Assembly: GCA_018664485.1 (NCBI GenBank)
Contig: JABJOE010000009.1
Span: 76,635 to 140,634 of the forward strand
Length of the DNA: 64,000 nucleotides
Origin: Candidatus Uhrbacteria bacterium
Lineage (GTDB): Bacteria; Patescibacteriota; Patescibacteriia; UBA9934
Reading direction: 5' to 3'
Of this stretch, positions 49,285 to 57,733 are shown in pieces (within the stretch, counting starts at the first letter, position 1; each line of letters opens with the position of its first letter). The notes beneath the pieces were generated by a model that saw only the letters and a list, made by a program, of their open reading frames with translations, had not been told where the DNA came from and did no database searches. Position numbers and translations under genes: made by a program.

Positions 49285-49370
49285 TTAGGTGGTAGGTATT
49301 AGGTACTAGGTTTTAGGCAGGTAACTCATCGCTGATACTTATAACCTAATACCTAGAACCTATAACCTTT
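49285..49370. repeat. Inverted heptamer arrays with no gene between them
   Basis: TTAGGTG GTAGGTA TTAGGTA CTAGGTT TTAGGCA, 16 bp spacer, TACTTAT AACCTAA TACCTAG AACCTAT AACCTTT. Confidence 0.8.
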
Positions 49371-49487
49371 CGAGCGTGCAGAGTGGGTAATGCGGTCGCT
49401 CGCAAAGCCCCGACCTCTGCGAACAGCCATGTTCCAGATTCAATCAAAAGAATGTTTGTACTAAACCATGTCTGTTCACTAAGCCCA

Positions 49488-49647
49488 GGTTCTTGTAATT
49501 AGTTATGTTCTTGATTTATTTGGATGAATATTTAGACGAAATGGATGACAGGCAAGGAAGCATAGCAGAGCTACGCTGACGAGCCTGGAGTGCATTGCAG
49601 TCAAATATACGACAAATAGATCAGAACGATAACTGATTTCAATAACC
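49488..49647. repeat. Long imperfect hairpin element at a stop codon
   Basis: GGTTCTTGTAATTAGTTATGTTCTTGATTTATTTG..CAAATAGATCAGAACGATAACTGATTTCAATAACC. Confidence 0.8.
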
Positions 49648-49649
49648 CC

Positions 49650-50810
49650 CTACTCCCACTTGTCGACTATTAATCGATACGCTTTTTCAAATCGTTCAAT
49701 TGCAGGGATTTCCACGTATTCATCGCTTCCATGCATGTTCTTTCCCTTAGGCCCCCAAACAACTGTTGGGACATCCCATACCTCGGCAAGCATCTGTGCA
49801 TCTGAGTATCCAAACTGATCTACAGGATAATAACTTACAGCTCCCATAACCTCTTCCTGTACTTCCTCGAGCATCTTCAAATCTTCTGTCGATGTCACAA
49901 ATGAACCAAGATTCATAGAAGTCTGAATTGACTCAACAACCGTACGATGCTTTTTCAAACCACTATTGAATGCATCAAGGATACCCTGGTGAGTAACTGC
50001 CGGAATAGTGCGAACTTCCAATGTTGCTTCACAATAATCCGGGATAACATTTCCCATCGATCCTAACATCGGACCATCATCAGGGTTCTTGGAAGGTCCC
50101 TGCAGTGCTCCACATCGAATCATTCCAATATTCAAAGTTGCAGGCCCAAGTAATTCGTCTACTTCTTGTGACAGATACTCACGCAGAGAATCTACTCCCA
50201 TCATGAATCCGGCGAATGCATCAATACCCGTATGCGGACGTGCAGCATGACCAGTCTTTCCTCGCAGTATCACGCGGAATTCAATAATCCCACGAGCTCC
50301 ACGCAACAACATGTCCTGCGTAATCTCGGGACACACAACCAAACGTGGCTTCAGCCGATCAGCATATCCCTTCACAAACTGCTTCATTCCTAAAAAGTCG
50401 TACTCCTCATCACAATAAAACAACGCAGCGATTCCCTTTTTACCAGTATCTCGAGCCTGATCAAGTGCAGCTAAAATTGCAACGAGCCCTGCTTTCATGT
50501 CGGCGGCACCACGACCATACAGTCGTCCACCTTTTCGCTCACCGCGAACGCTGTGTTTCCAACCCGCCCCCTCTTCAACCGTATCCATATGACCAACCAT
50601 CAAAAGGCCAACAGAAGTACCATCATGTACATACAAGTTAACTCGGCCTGGATCGATCTCCTGTTCCTCAATGATAAGATCTGGGAAATTCTTTTCCAAA
50701 TAGGCTTTTAAAAACATCGCTACACCGTATTCCACTCTTCCACCTTCCGGATTAGCGTGTCTGTCACTACGAATAGCGATCAAGTCTTCAAGTACTTTTA
50801 ATGAATCCAT
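49650..50810 (-). CDS. M20 family metallopeptidase/deacylase (ArgE/DapE-like)
   Basis: GHMDTV, GRGAADMK, DEE, HGSDEYV. Confidence 0.92.
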   Translation of the reverse strand: MDSLKVLEDLIAIRSDRHANPEGGRVEYGVAMFLKAYLEKNFPDLIIEEQEIDPGRVNLYVHDGTSVGLLMVGHMDTVEEGAGWKHSVRGERKGGRLYGRGAADMKAGLVAILAALDQARDTGKKGIAALFYCDEEYDFLGMKQFVKGYADRLKPRLVVCPEITQDMLLRGARGIIEFRVILRGKTGHAARPHTGIDAFAGFMMGVDSLREYLSQEVDELLGPATLNIGMIRCGALQGPSKNPDDGPMLGSMGNVIPDYCEATLEVRTIPAVTHQGILDAFNSGLKKHRTVVESIQTSMNLGSFVTSTEDLKMLEEVQEEVMGAVSYYPVDQFGYSDAQMLAEVWDVPTVVWGPKGKNMHGSDEYVEIPAIERFEKAYRLIVDKWE

Positions 50811-50902
50811 ATCTAAACTATTTTCTAATTTCTATCTTTAAGATAACTCGTCAATTGATGCTTTTGTTTAACATATTTGACCGTAGTGGTCAATCAAGAC
50901 AT

Positions 50903-51436
50903 CTAGCTCAACCCGAACATTAGAAGAGTCACAAACGTTCCAAGAAATGCACCGGCTAGTACATCTCCGGCATAATGTACCCCGACAACAATACGGGACA
51001 ACGATATAACCACAGCCAATAGGAAAAATCCGATGACAAAAATCCACGCAAGTTCAAACGACGATTCTAAAAATGCATATGACAATGATGTAGCCACTGC
51101 AAAGCTAGATCCAGCGTGATTAGATGGAAAGGAATATGTAGGAACGATTGGTTTGTAAGGAGTTTTTGTTTCCTGCGGTCGAGGTCGTTTAACTATAGCT
51201 TGCAGTATAACCGTTGTAATCGCAGTGACTAAAACTGGAATCAGCCAGATAAATACTCGATGGTCTTGCAAGAAGAGCAGGAGTGCGAGCATTATAACAG
51301 CGTACACAAAAGCACCCTTCGAGGAGCTTATCTCCCAAAACATCTTATGCCACTTATCACCGTATTTTGGTCCACGGCGACCTGAAAAAACTTCCTGTAT
51401 TTTTTTTGAAACTTTTACATCGTATGCGTGGAACAT
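50903..51436 (-). CDS. PAP2 family phosphatase
   Basis: KRPRP, SFPSNH, SRIVVGVHY..DV. Confidence 0.9.
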   Translation of the reverse strand: MFHAYDVKVSKKIQEVFSGRRGPKYGDKWHKMFWEISSSKGAFVYAVIMLALLLFLQDHRVFIWLIPVLVTAITTVILQAIVKRPRPQETKTPYKPIVPTYSFPSNHAGSSFAVATSLSYAFLESSFELAWIFVIGFFLLAVVISLSRIVVGVHYAGDVLAGAFLGTFVTLLMFGLS

Positions 51437-51438
51437 AT

Positions 51439-52155
51439 CTATATAATAGCTTGTTCACGTAATAATTGTAATTCCGCTTCCCGTCTATCTATGTCAGCAA
51501 TGATTTTCTCTGAGTCTTTTGGAGATTCGAGTTGCTTATTTTTAAATGCACACATATCTGCAACCGGACATGCCCAACACCGCGGGTTCTTGATGCAAAT
51601 GTAACGACCGTGTTTTACAAACACACGATTGACTGTGGGCGACAGATCCGAGGGTATTAAAGCGAGCAATGCCTGCTCTGTTTTCTCTGGAGTTTTTGTA
51701 TCAACCCATCCGAGACGATTCGTAACGCGGTGGACATGCGTGTCGACTGCAATTGCCGGTTTGTTGAATTGGTACGGAAGAATAACGCTCGCCGTTTTAC
51801 GACCTACGCCCGCAAGCGTGATGAGCTCGTCGAGAGTTCCCGGAATCTCACCGCCATACTCACCCACAACACGTTTTGCTAAAGCTGAAAGATTCTTCGC
51901 TTTTTGTCGGAACATTCCAATAGTGTTGATCTTCTTTTGGATTTGCTCGGGAGTTGCGCCTGCGAGTTTTTCAACCGTAGGATATGCTTTAAAAAATCCT
52001 GGCAACAATTTTAGCACTTGTTCGTCGCGCGTGCGTGCCGTCAACATCACAGCAACCAAAGACTGATACGCATCACCAAACTCCATCGCACCCGGCGTTG
52101 GGAAACGTTTTTTCAATCTCGCGAGTGTATCGACGATTGTTTTCTTACTCGTCAT
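51439..52155 (-). CDS. nth: Endonuclease III
   Basis: LAGVGRKTA, AVDTHVHRV, C..PRCWACP...C. Confidence 0.93.
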   Translation of the reverse strand: MTSKKTIVDTLARLKKRFPTPGAMEFGDAYQSLVAVMLTARTRDEQVLKLLPGFFKAYPTVEKLAGATPEQIQKKINTIGMFRQKAKNLSALAKRVVGEYGGEIPGTLDELITLAGVGRKTASVILPYQFNKPAIAVDTHVHRVTNRLGWVDTKTPEKTEQALLALIPSDLSPTVNRVFVKHGRYICIKNPRCWACPVADMCAFKNKQLESPKDSEKIIADIDRREAELQLLREQAII

Positions 52156-53017
52156 CCGGGATATATTCGCGACCACAAATAATTTCACGTCCTTCAATTG
52201 AATTTCCTTCATCGTCTGATGCAGGACCCGCAGTGCAGCCCTCAAGGAAATCGCTTGTATACACAGAAGAGTCTAATGAATAGTATTCCCAGAACGACCA
52301 ACCAGCATCACCATACCCAAGACTGACTACGGGATATCCATTTCCGGTCAAATCTCCATACATAGAAAAATATGTATCTGTAATTCCACCAATTGGTTGA
52401 TGAACTACGAAACGCGAGTTTGTTATCAGTTCTTCTGGATTCCAGACCAACATCCGAAGAGAGCTTGAATCGTCTAAAAATGCCGAATATAACCGATTAT
52501 CAAAGTTACATTGAGCTATAAGACGTGACTCATAACGGTCTAACAAATCACTCATCTTCTCATAATATACTTGGGTCCACCCAGCTCCAACTACAAGTTC
52601 TGGTGCAATCGCTGTATAAACACCTTCATCGAGAAGAGCTGCGGGCGTAAGCCCTCCGAAAGAATAATAACCCTCATCTAATGTATCTGTATCAATCTGT
52701 TCATATACATCTGTACAGAGGTCATGCCCAGCGTCTATAACCATCTGATGAAGATAGGTTACCTCAGACGAATCACGCTCTTCCGCCTCCTCAGATTCTT
52801 CTTTCACGATCGCTTCGTACTCATTTATATTATCCTGAAGTACGCCAACAGTTTCCTCTAAATCATCAACCCGATCTTGCCCGGCGTTACTTTGAGACCA
52901 GAAGAATATTGCGAGCACCAAGAAAACTAGAGCCGGCAGAGAAAGTATAGCTAAGACAATGATGCCTTTTCTACTACGTTTAGGTGTGGTTGGTAATTCA
53001 TCTGACATATATTCCAT
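52145..53017 (-). CDS. Membrane-anchored acidic protein
   Basis: TM helix, FWSQSNAGQDRVDDLEETV, coiled coil. Confidence 0.75.
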   Translation of the reverse strand: MEYMSDELPTTPKRSRKGIIVLAILSLPALVFLVLAIFFWSQSNAGQDRVDDLEETVGVLQDNINEYEAIVKEESEEAEERDSSEVTYLHQMVIDAGHDLCTDVYEQIDTDTLDEGYYSFGGLTPAALLDEGVYTAIAPELVVGAGWTQVYYEKMSDLLDRYESRLIAQCNFDNRLYSAFLDDSSSLRMLVWNPEELITNSRFVVHQPIGGITDTYFSMYGDLTGNGYPVVSLGYGDAGWSFWEYYSLDSSVYTSDFLEGCTAGPASDDEGNSIEGREIICGREYIPDDE

Positions 53018-53911
53018 TTAACCGCCAATAAACCCTTTTGATAAGTCCGATGTACCGATAAACTCCGTATCCTTCATACATCCAACGAGCTCACCTTCAA
53101 ATCGAGAACCTAATCTAAATATAGCTTTAACCGAATCACCCTCGCTGCTGTCATTAATATCTCTTGTATTAAACCATGCTGATTCAATCGCAGCACCTGA
53201 CTCACCGAGAATAATCAAAGGATCTCCACCGTAATGGCTACTACGTACATCGAGGAATGCCATAGCCTCCCATGGTCCATCTGTTACATAAAATGCCTTA
53301 CAGGAAGCCGGCTCTCCGCTACCATCCAGAGTTGTGACCATATCTACATCCACGACATATCCTTCAAGCTCCGCAACTCCAGCATAACCAGCGCCTGGGC
53401 CATCGAAAGTATGTACAAGGATCTCGCTCAATTCATCAATTAAAACGCCTTCTTCCTCCTCAGATTCAAGTGCTTCGAGCGCTTCTTGCTGATAATCAGC
53501 TACTCTAGTTTGAAGAGTTGAAACCGTTTCCTGCAAATCATCAACTTGATCCTGTCCGGCGTTACTTCTACTCCAAAAAACAATCATTAAAACGAACAAA
53601 GTAAGTGCGACAAGCGACACAAGTATCATGAGAACCCTTCCCATCTTATTTGGAGCAGCGTCAACAATACGTACAGTCCCGGCTGCAGACACAGGAGGTG
53701 CTGGTGGAACATGAGGCGCTGCGGGCGCAGGAGCAGGCTTGGGTGCCGGCTGCGGAGTAGGTGCAGTTATCGGCGGAGCCTCTGGAACTACTTTCTTTTT
53801 CGGAGCGGGCGCTACCAGCGGCGCTGGTGCAGGCGCCGGCTTTGCAGCTGGCACAGGCTTAGGTGCAGGTGCTGGCGTAGGATTCTTTTTAGCCGGTTGA
53901 TTCTCTGGCAT
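53018..53911 (-). CDS. Membrane-anchored protein with Pro/Ala-rich N-terminus
   Basis: PAPAP repeats, TM helix, FWSRSNAGQDQVDDLQETV. Confidence 0.75.
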   Translation of the reverse strand: MPENQPAKKNPTPAPAPKPVPAAKPAPAPAPLVAPAPKKKVVPEAPPITAPTPQPAPKPAPAPAAPHVPPAPPVSAAGTVRIVDAAPNKMGRVLMILVSLVALTLFVLMIVFWSRSNAGQDQVDDLQETVSTLQTRVADYQQEALEALESEEEEGVLIDELSEILVHTFDGPGAGYAGVAELEGYVVDVDMVTTLDGSGEPASCKAFYVTDGPWEAMAFLDVRSSHYGGDPLIILGESGAAIESAWFNTRDINDSSEGDSVKAIFRLGSRFEGELVGCMKDTEFIGTSDLSKGFIGG

Positions 53912-54012
53912 ATGTGAACTTACTAATATATAAAATTGTACTCACTCTTAATTGTAATTTATTATTTCATCCAATTTCCAGTAAACGCACGTATTTTAGA
54001 CTAGCCTAGGTG

Positions 54013-54033
54013 CCTGCCTACCGGCAAGGTAGG
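54013..54033. repeat. Short REP-like palindrome
   Basis: CCTGCC-TACCGGCAA-GGTAGG. Confidence 0.45.
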
Positions 54034-54082
54034 TGTGGGTGGCAGACTACGAAGCCAGCGGCTATCCCAGATACCCTTATTT

Positions 54083-54207
54083 CTTAATCGCATATATTTG
54101 AGGACAGTTTCGACGCATGGAGATGTTTGATTGAGCCGTACTAATCGTACGGTGAGGTCAAACAGAGGCTCTATAAGTCAAAAATGTGCCAAATAGATGT
54201 GATTAAG
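54083..54207. repeat. Long imperfect hairpin element abutting the gpmI stop codon
   Basis: CTTAATCGCATATATTTG..CAAATAGATGTGATTAAG; core TTGAGCCGTAC-N5-GTACGGTGAG shared with 30717-30743. Confidence 0.8.
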
Positions 54208-55818
54208 CTACATAAGGGAAGCTCCTGTCATTTCTGGTGGCTGCTCCAGCCCTAGTTGCGCCAATATAGTCGGAGCAACATCGGCAAGCATCCCAATCGG
54301 TGGCACCAATGACAAATCACCATTAGGTATATCACCAGATGGACCGGGCTGCCCCTCAAGCTCATTGCTTACAACCCAAAATGGAACCGGATTTGTACTG
54401 TGTTCTTTATCCATATCTCCGGTCTGTAAATTCTGAACCTCCTCGGCGTTACCGTGATCTGCAGTAATGAAAACTATTCCATCCTTTTTCAAAACAGCGT
54501 CGACAATTCTTCCGACAGATTCGTCTACAACCTCGACGGCCTTAATCGTGGCATCCAAATTTCCGGTATGCGCAACCATATCCGGATTAGCAAAGTTCAT
54601 AATGATCATGTCGTAGTTATCTGTCTTCAACTCCTTTAAAACACGATCCGTAATCTCTCTCGCTGACATTTCCGGCTGCTTATCATAAGACGCAACCTGA
54701 GGTGACGGAATAATTGCACGATCCTCATGCTCGAAAGGCTCCTCGCGTGTTCCGTTGAAGAAAAAAGTTACGTGAGCATACTTTTCCGTTTCAGCAATAT
54801 GCAGTTGCACTAAACCATTTTTTGAAACAACCTCGGATAATCCATTTTGGATAACCGACGGTGGATACGCTACATCAACCGGCAACCCCTTTTCATATTG
54901 AGCCATCGTAACGAATGTAACGTTCTCAATATAGGTTCGTTCAAACTTATCAAACGATGGAAGTACAAAAGCTTTTGTAATTTGTCGCGCACGGTCAGGT
55001 CGATAATTAAAGAAAATAACAGCATCTCCAGACTTCACCGTAGCCACAGGCTCACCCTTTTTGGTAACGACTGTCGGCGGAAATTCTTCATCGTACACCT
55101 CATTACCATACGAAGCCTTGATAGCCTCAAATACATCCTCAGTCATTGCTTGAGACTCCCCTTTTACAATTGCGTTATATGCTTTACCTGTTCGATCCCA
55201 ACGATTGTCACGATCCATCGCAAAATACCGACCAGAAAGTGTGGCAATTCTCCCAACTCCAATATCTTTAATCTTTTGATCCAACGCAGTTATAAAATCG
55301 ATCCCCGAATTATACAAAGTATCGCGACCATCCATGAACGCATGAATAGCCACATCTTTTATTCCATGTTTTTTGGCAAGATCAAGAAGAGCATGACAAT
55401 GAGCGTCGTATCCGTGAACTTTTCCAGCACTCACAATCCCCATTAAATGCAATGTCCCCCCTGTCTGTTTCACCTGACTCACAGCCTTCAGTAAAGCTTC
55501 ATTTTCAAAAAAACCACCGCCTTGAATATCCTGCTCAATACGCGGCATCGTTTGGTAGTACACGCGACCAGCACCGATCGTAAGGTGGCCAACTTCTGAA
55601 TTCCCCATCTCCCCCCAAAGCAAACCAACCGTCTCGCCCGAAGCACGAACTGTCATCGTTGGGTAACGCTGAATTAGCTTATCGAATGTAGGGGTTTTAG
55701 CGCGAGAAATAGCATTCCCCTCACCATCTGGTGCGGCGCCAAGACCATCTATCACCATCAACACCGCTGGTCGTGGTCGTTTATTTGTATTTGGTATAGG
55801 GGTAGGCAAATCAGACAT
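54208..55818 (-). CDS. gpmI: 2,3-bisphosphoglycerate-independent phosphoglycerate mutase
   Basis: MGNSEVGH, GRYFAMDRD, AETEKYAHVT, NPDMVAH, TADHGNAE. Confidence 0.97.
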   Translation of the reverse strand: MSDLPTPIPNTNKRPRPAVLMVIDGLGAAPDGEGNAISRAKTPTFDKLIQRYPTMTVRASGETVGLLWGEMGNSEVGHLTIGAGRVYYQTMPRIEQDIQGGGFFENEALLKAVSQVKQTGGTLHLMGIVSAGKVHGYDAHCHALLDLAKKHGIKDVAIHAFMDGRDTLYNSGIDFITALDQKIKDIGVGRIATLSGRYFAMDRDNRWDRTGKAYNAIVKGESQAMTEDVFEAIKASYGNEVYDEEFPPTVVTKKGEPVATVKSGDAVIFFNYRPDRARQITKAFVLPSFDKFERTYIENVTFVTMAQYEKGLPVDVAYPPSVIQNGLSEVVSKNGLVQLHIAETEKYAHVTFFFNGTREEPFEHEDRAIIPSPQVASYDKQPEMSAREITDRVLKELKTDNYDMIIMNFANPDMVAHTGNLDATIKAVEVVDESVGRIVDAVLKKDGIVFITADHGNAEEVQNLQTGDMDKEHSTNPVPFWVVSNELEGQPGPSGDIPNGDLSLVPPIGMLADVAPTILAQLGLEQPPEMTGASLM

Positions 55819-55986
55819 ATATAACATCAGTATACCACTTATTTGAAACTTACTTTCCCTGGCTATGACTACTCAAGTTTTTTATGTGTATACCTTGACG
55901 AAAGCATTAGACTATAATACTTTTCAAAAAGAATCTGAGCAGCATATTCACGCTGTCTGGAACCCTCACTCCAACAAAGAGTCACT

Positions 55987-56124
55987 ATGAGCCCTTTGGA
56001 AATCGGCTGCCTCCTTGCGATCATCGCCATCATGCAAATGTTTGGCAATGACAATGACTTCTCACACCAAGTAGGAACGAAAAAGAAGATGAACGCATTT
56101 CTCACCAACTCGCCCTCAATCTGA
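55987..56124 (+). CDS. Putative 45-aa small protein with hydrophobic N-terminus (not in ORF track)
   Basis: MSPLEIGCLLAIIAIMQMFGNDNDFSHQVGTKKKMNAFLTNSPSI; between TTGACG-17-TACTTT (55895-55923) and the conserved 3' element. Confidence 0.45.
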   Translation: MSPLEIGCLLAIIAIMQMFGNDNDFSHQVGTKKKMNAFLTNSPSI

Positions 56125-56194
56125 GGGCATTTCCAGAGCAGATCAAAAGATGGTCAATTCTGGAAAATACAAAATCGCCTTAACAGCGTTTTTT
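56112..56194 (+). terminator. Conserved three-hairpin 3' element, copy 1
   Basis: CCAGAG.AGATCA..TGGTCAATTCTG..AAATA.AAAATCGCCTTAAC.GCG.TTTTT shared with 57606-57687. Confidence 0.7.
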
Positions 56195-56235
56195 GCTTTT
56201 ATATCGAAAGTAACCCAAAAACCGTTCACTGCAAC

Positions 56236-56264
56236 TTGACAAAAAGGCTAAAATCTGCTATTAT
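56236..56264 (+). promoter_or_regulatory. Sigma70-type promoter
   Basis: TTGACA-17-TATTAT with extended TG. Confidence 0.7.
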
Positions 56265-56484
56265 ACGCATGTGTTAGAGAAGTAATCTAGTTACGATTAC
56301 TTCAAAGTATCTTCAAAACTCATGGGCCACTCGCCTCGCCCAAAAGTAGGCAAAAACATGAAATCATGTTCCCTTACGTTGACCCGTAAGATTTTGGACA
56401 TGAGTTTTTTTATAATCAGACTTTGGTACCTCGCGATGATACATAAACGTATTTCGCGCAGCAGGAGCTACACAACATAACAGT

Positions 56485-56554
56485 CTCGCTACTTGCGGGC
56501 GGTCACATCAAGCACAGAAATCCTTCTGTTCTTGCCATGACCTTTGGAGACCAA
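56485..56554 (+). ncRNA. Conserved structured leader, family B copy 1
   Basis: GCGGG.GGTCACATCAAGCACAGAAATCCTTCTGTTCTTGCCATGACCTTTGGAG. Confidence 0.7.
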
Positions 56555-57229
56555 ATGTTCCTTATAGCCATTCTTCTGAACCTTCTTGGAAGCATCGCTG
56601 TCGCTTCTGATGACTGCAAACAAGTTGTCAGCGTTTACCACTACACGCTAGCTGAAGGAGTTGTCTTTCTGGCAGGAGAATCGAACAAAAAGATGGAGAT
56701 ATTCGACAACGAATTCTTCTGTGTTACAGGCGACACCTTCACGGCCAGCTACATGAAAAATGGTGAAACTCTAAAAAAATTCACCACCCCAATTGAAGCG
56801 GGAAATCACTACGTATACGAAGGTAGTATGCCCGACCATCCAGATGATGAGTATCTTGTGAAGATTCAACAGCCAACTCAAGAGAACCTCATCTTCCGTT
56901 TTGGAGACGACTGGAAAGCACAGACACTTACTCCGACTGAAAGTAAATGTGTAAAGCTGACCGCCAGAATAACATGCAGCGCAAATACAAACTCCTCACT
57001 TATCGTTGGTGACGAAGTTGTTGAGCAAGGCGACAACGTTGAGCTATGCATCAAACCTTTAAAGAGCATCATCCCCGTAGAAGTAGCAACACAAAATAAC
57101 GCTTGGTATGCAGACGAAGGTGATGAGTGGATCAGAAACTACGGAACCTACTTGTCAAAAGGAAACAACTGGGAATGGAACGCTAGCAGGAATTACTGCA
57201 CAGTAGACATATCCCAAACCAATCAGTAA
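56555..57229 (+). CDS. Orphan secreted Cys-containing protein
   Basis: Signal peptide MFLIAILLNLLGSIAVA; GGAG SD. Confidence 0.7.
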   Translation: MFLIAILLNLLGSIAVASDDCKQVVSVYHYTLAEGVVFLAGESNKKMEIFDNEFFCVTGDTFTASYMKNGETLKKFTTPIEAGNHYVYEGSMPDHPDDEYLVKIQQPTQENLIFRFGDDWKAQTLTPTESKCVKLTARITCSANTNSSLIVGDEVVEQGDNVELCIKPLKSIIPVEVATQNNAWYADEGDEWIRNYGTYLSKGNNWEWNASRNYCTVDISQTNQ

Positions 57230-57260
57230 AAGTAAGGCACTTCAACCGCCATACATTCGA

Positions 57261-57339
57261 CCCGCGGCACCTCGTTGCCTGCGGGGGTCACATCGAGTGC
57301 AGAAATCCTTCTGCTTTCGCCATGACCTTTGGAGGATTC
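57261..57339 (+). ncRNA. Conserved structured leader, family B copy 2
   Basis: GCGGGGGTCACATCGAGTGCAGAAATCCTTCTGCTTTCGCCATGACCTTTGGAGG. Confidence 0.7.
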
Positions 57340-57582
57340 ATGACCAAACAGCTAACCAAGACGCCACGAAATCTCACAATATTACTGATTTTATCCCTCA
57401 TTTCCAGCAGCGCATTTCTAGGGGTAGTTCTCAATAACTGGAAATCTGTATTCTTTGGACAGGAGTGGATACCGAGAACAACTTACCTATACGTAAGTAT
57501 AGGTTTATATAGCCTCAGTCTCATTCTCATTACCTTATCAATTATATCCATGTACTCGTGGATCAAAAAAAGTTACTCGTAA
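57340..57582 (+). CDS. Orphan 2-TM small membrane protein
   Basis: GGAGG SD; two hydrophobic helices. Confidence 0.65.
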   Translation: MTKQLTKTPRNLTILLILSLISSSAFLGVVLNNWKSVFFGQEWIPRTTYLYVSIGLYSLSLILITLSIISMYSWIKKSYS

Positions 57583-57605
57583 AGTAACAATATACTGAAC
57601 TCTTA

Positions 57606-57687
57606 CCCTTTCTCAAGGGCCTCACCAGAGAAGATCACTCAGTGGTCAATTCTGAGAAATAAAAAATCGCCTTAACGGCGCTTTTTT
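57606..57687 (+). terminator. Conserved three-hairpin 3' element, copy 2
   Basis: Matches 56112-56194; ends CGCC-TTAAC-GGCG-CTTTTTT. Confidence 0.7.
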
Positions 57688-57733
57688 GTTATTGCAAACT
57701 AGCTATTACTGGCCTGGTCGCGCTCGAATATAC

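Noticed and set aside
53690-53900. GC-rich repetitive DNA
   Set aside because: Explained by Pro/Ala-rich low-complexity coding sequence.
56315-56408. tRNA gene
   Set aside because: No GTTCRA T-loop, no D-loop GG, and wrong stem lengths. Kept only as a tRNA-like fold.
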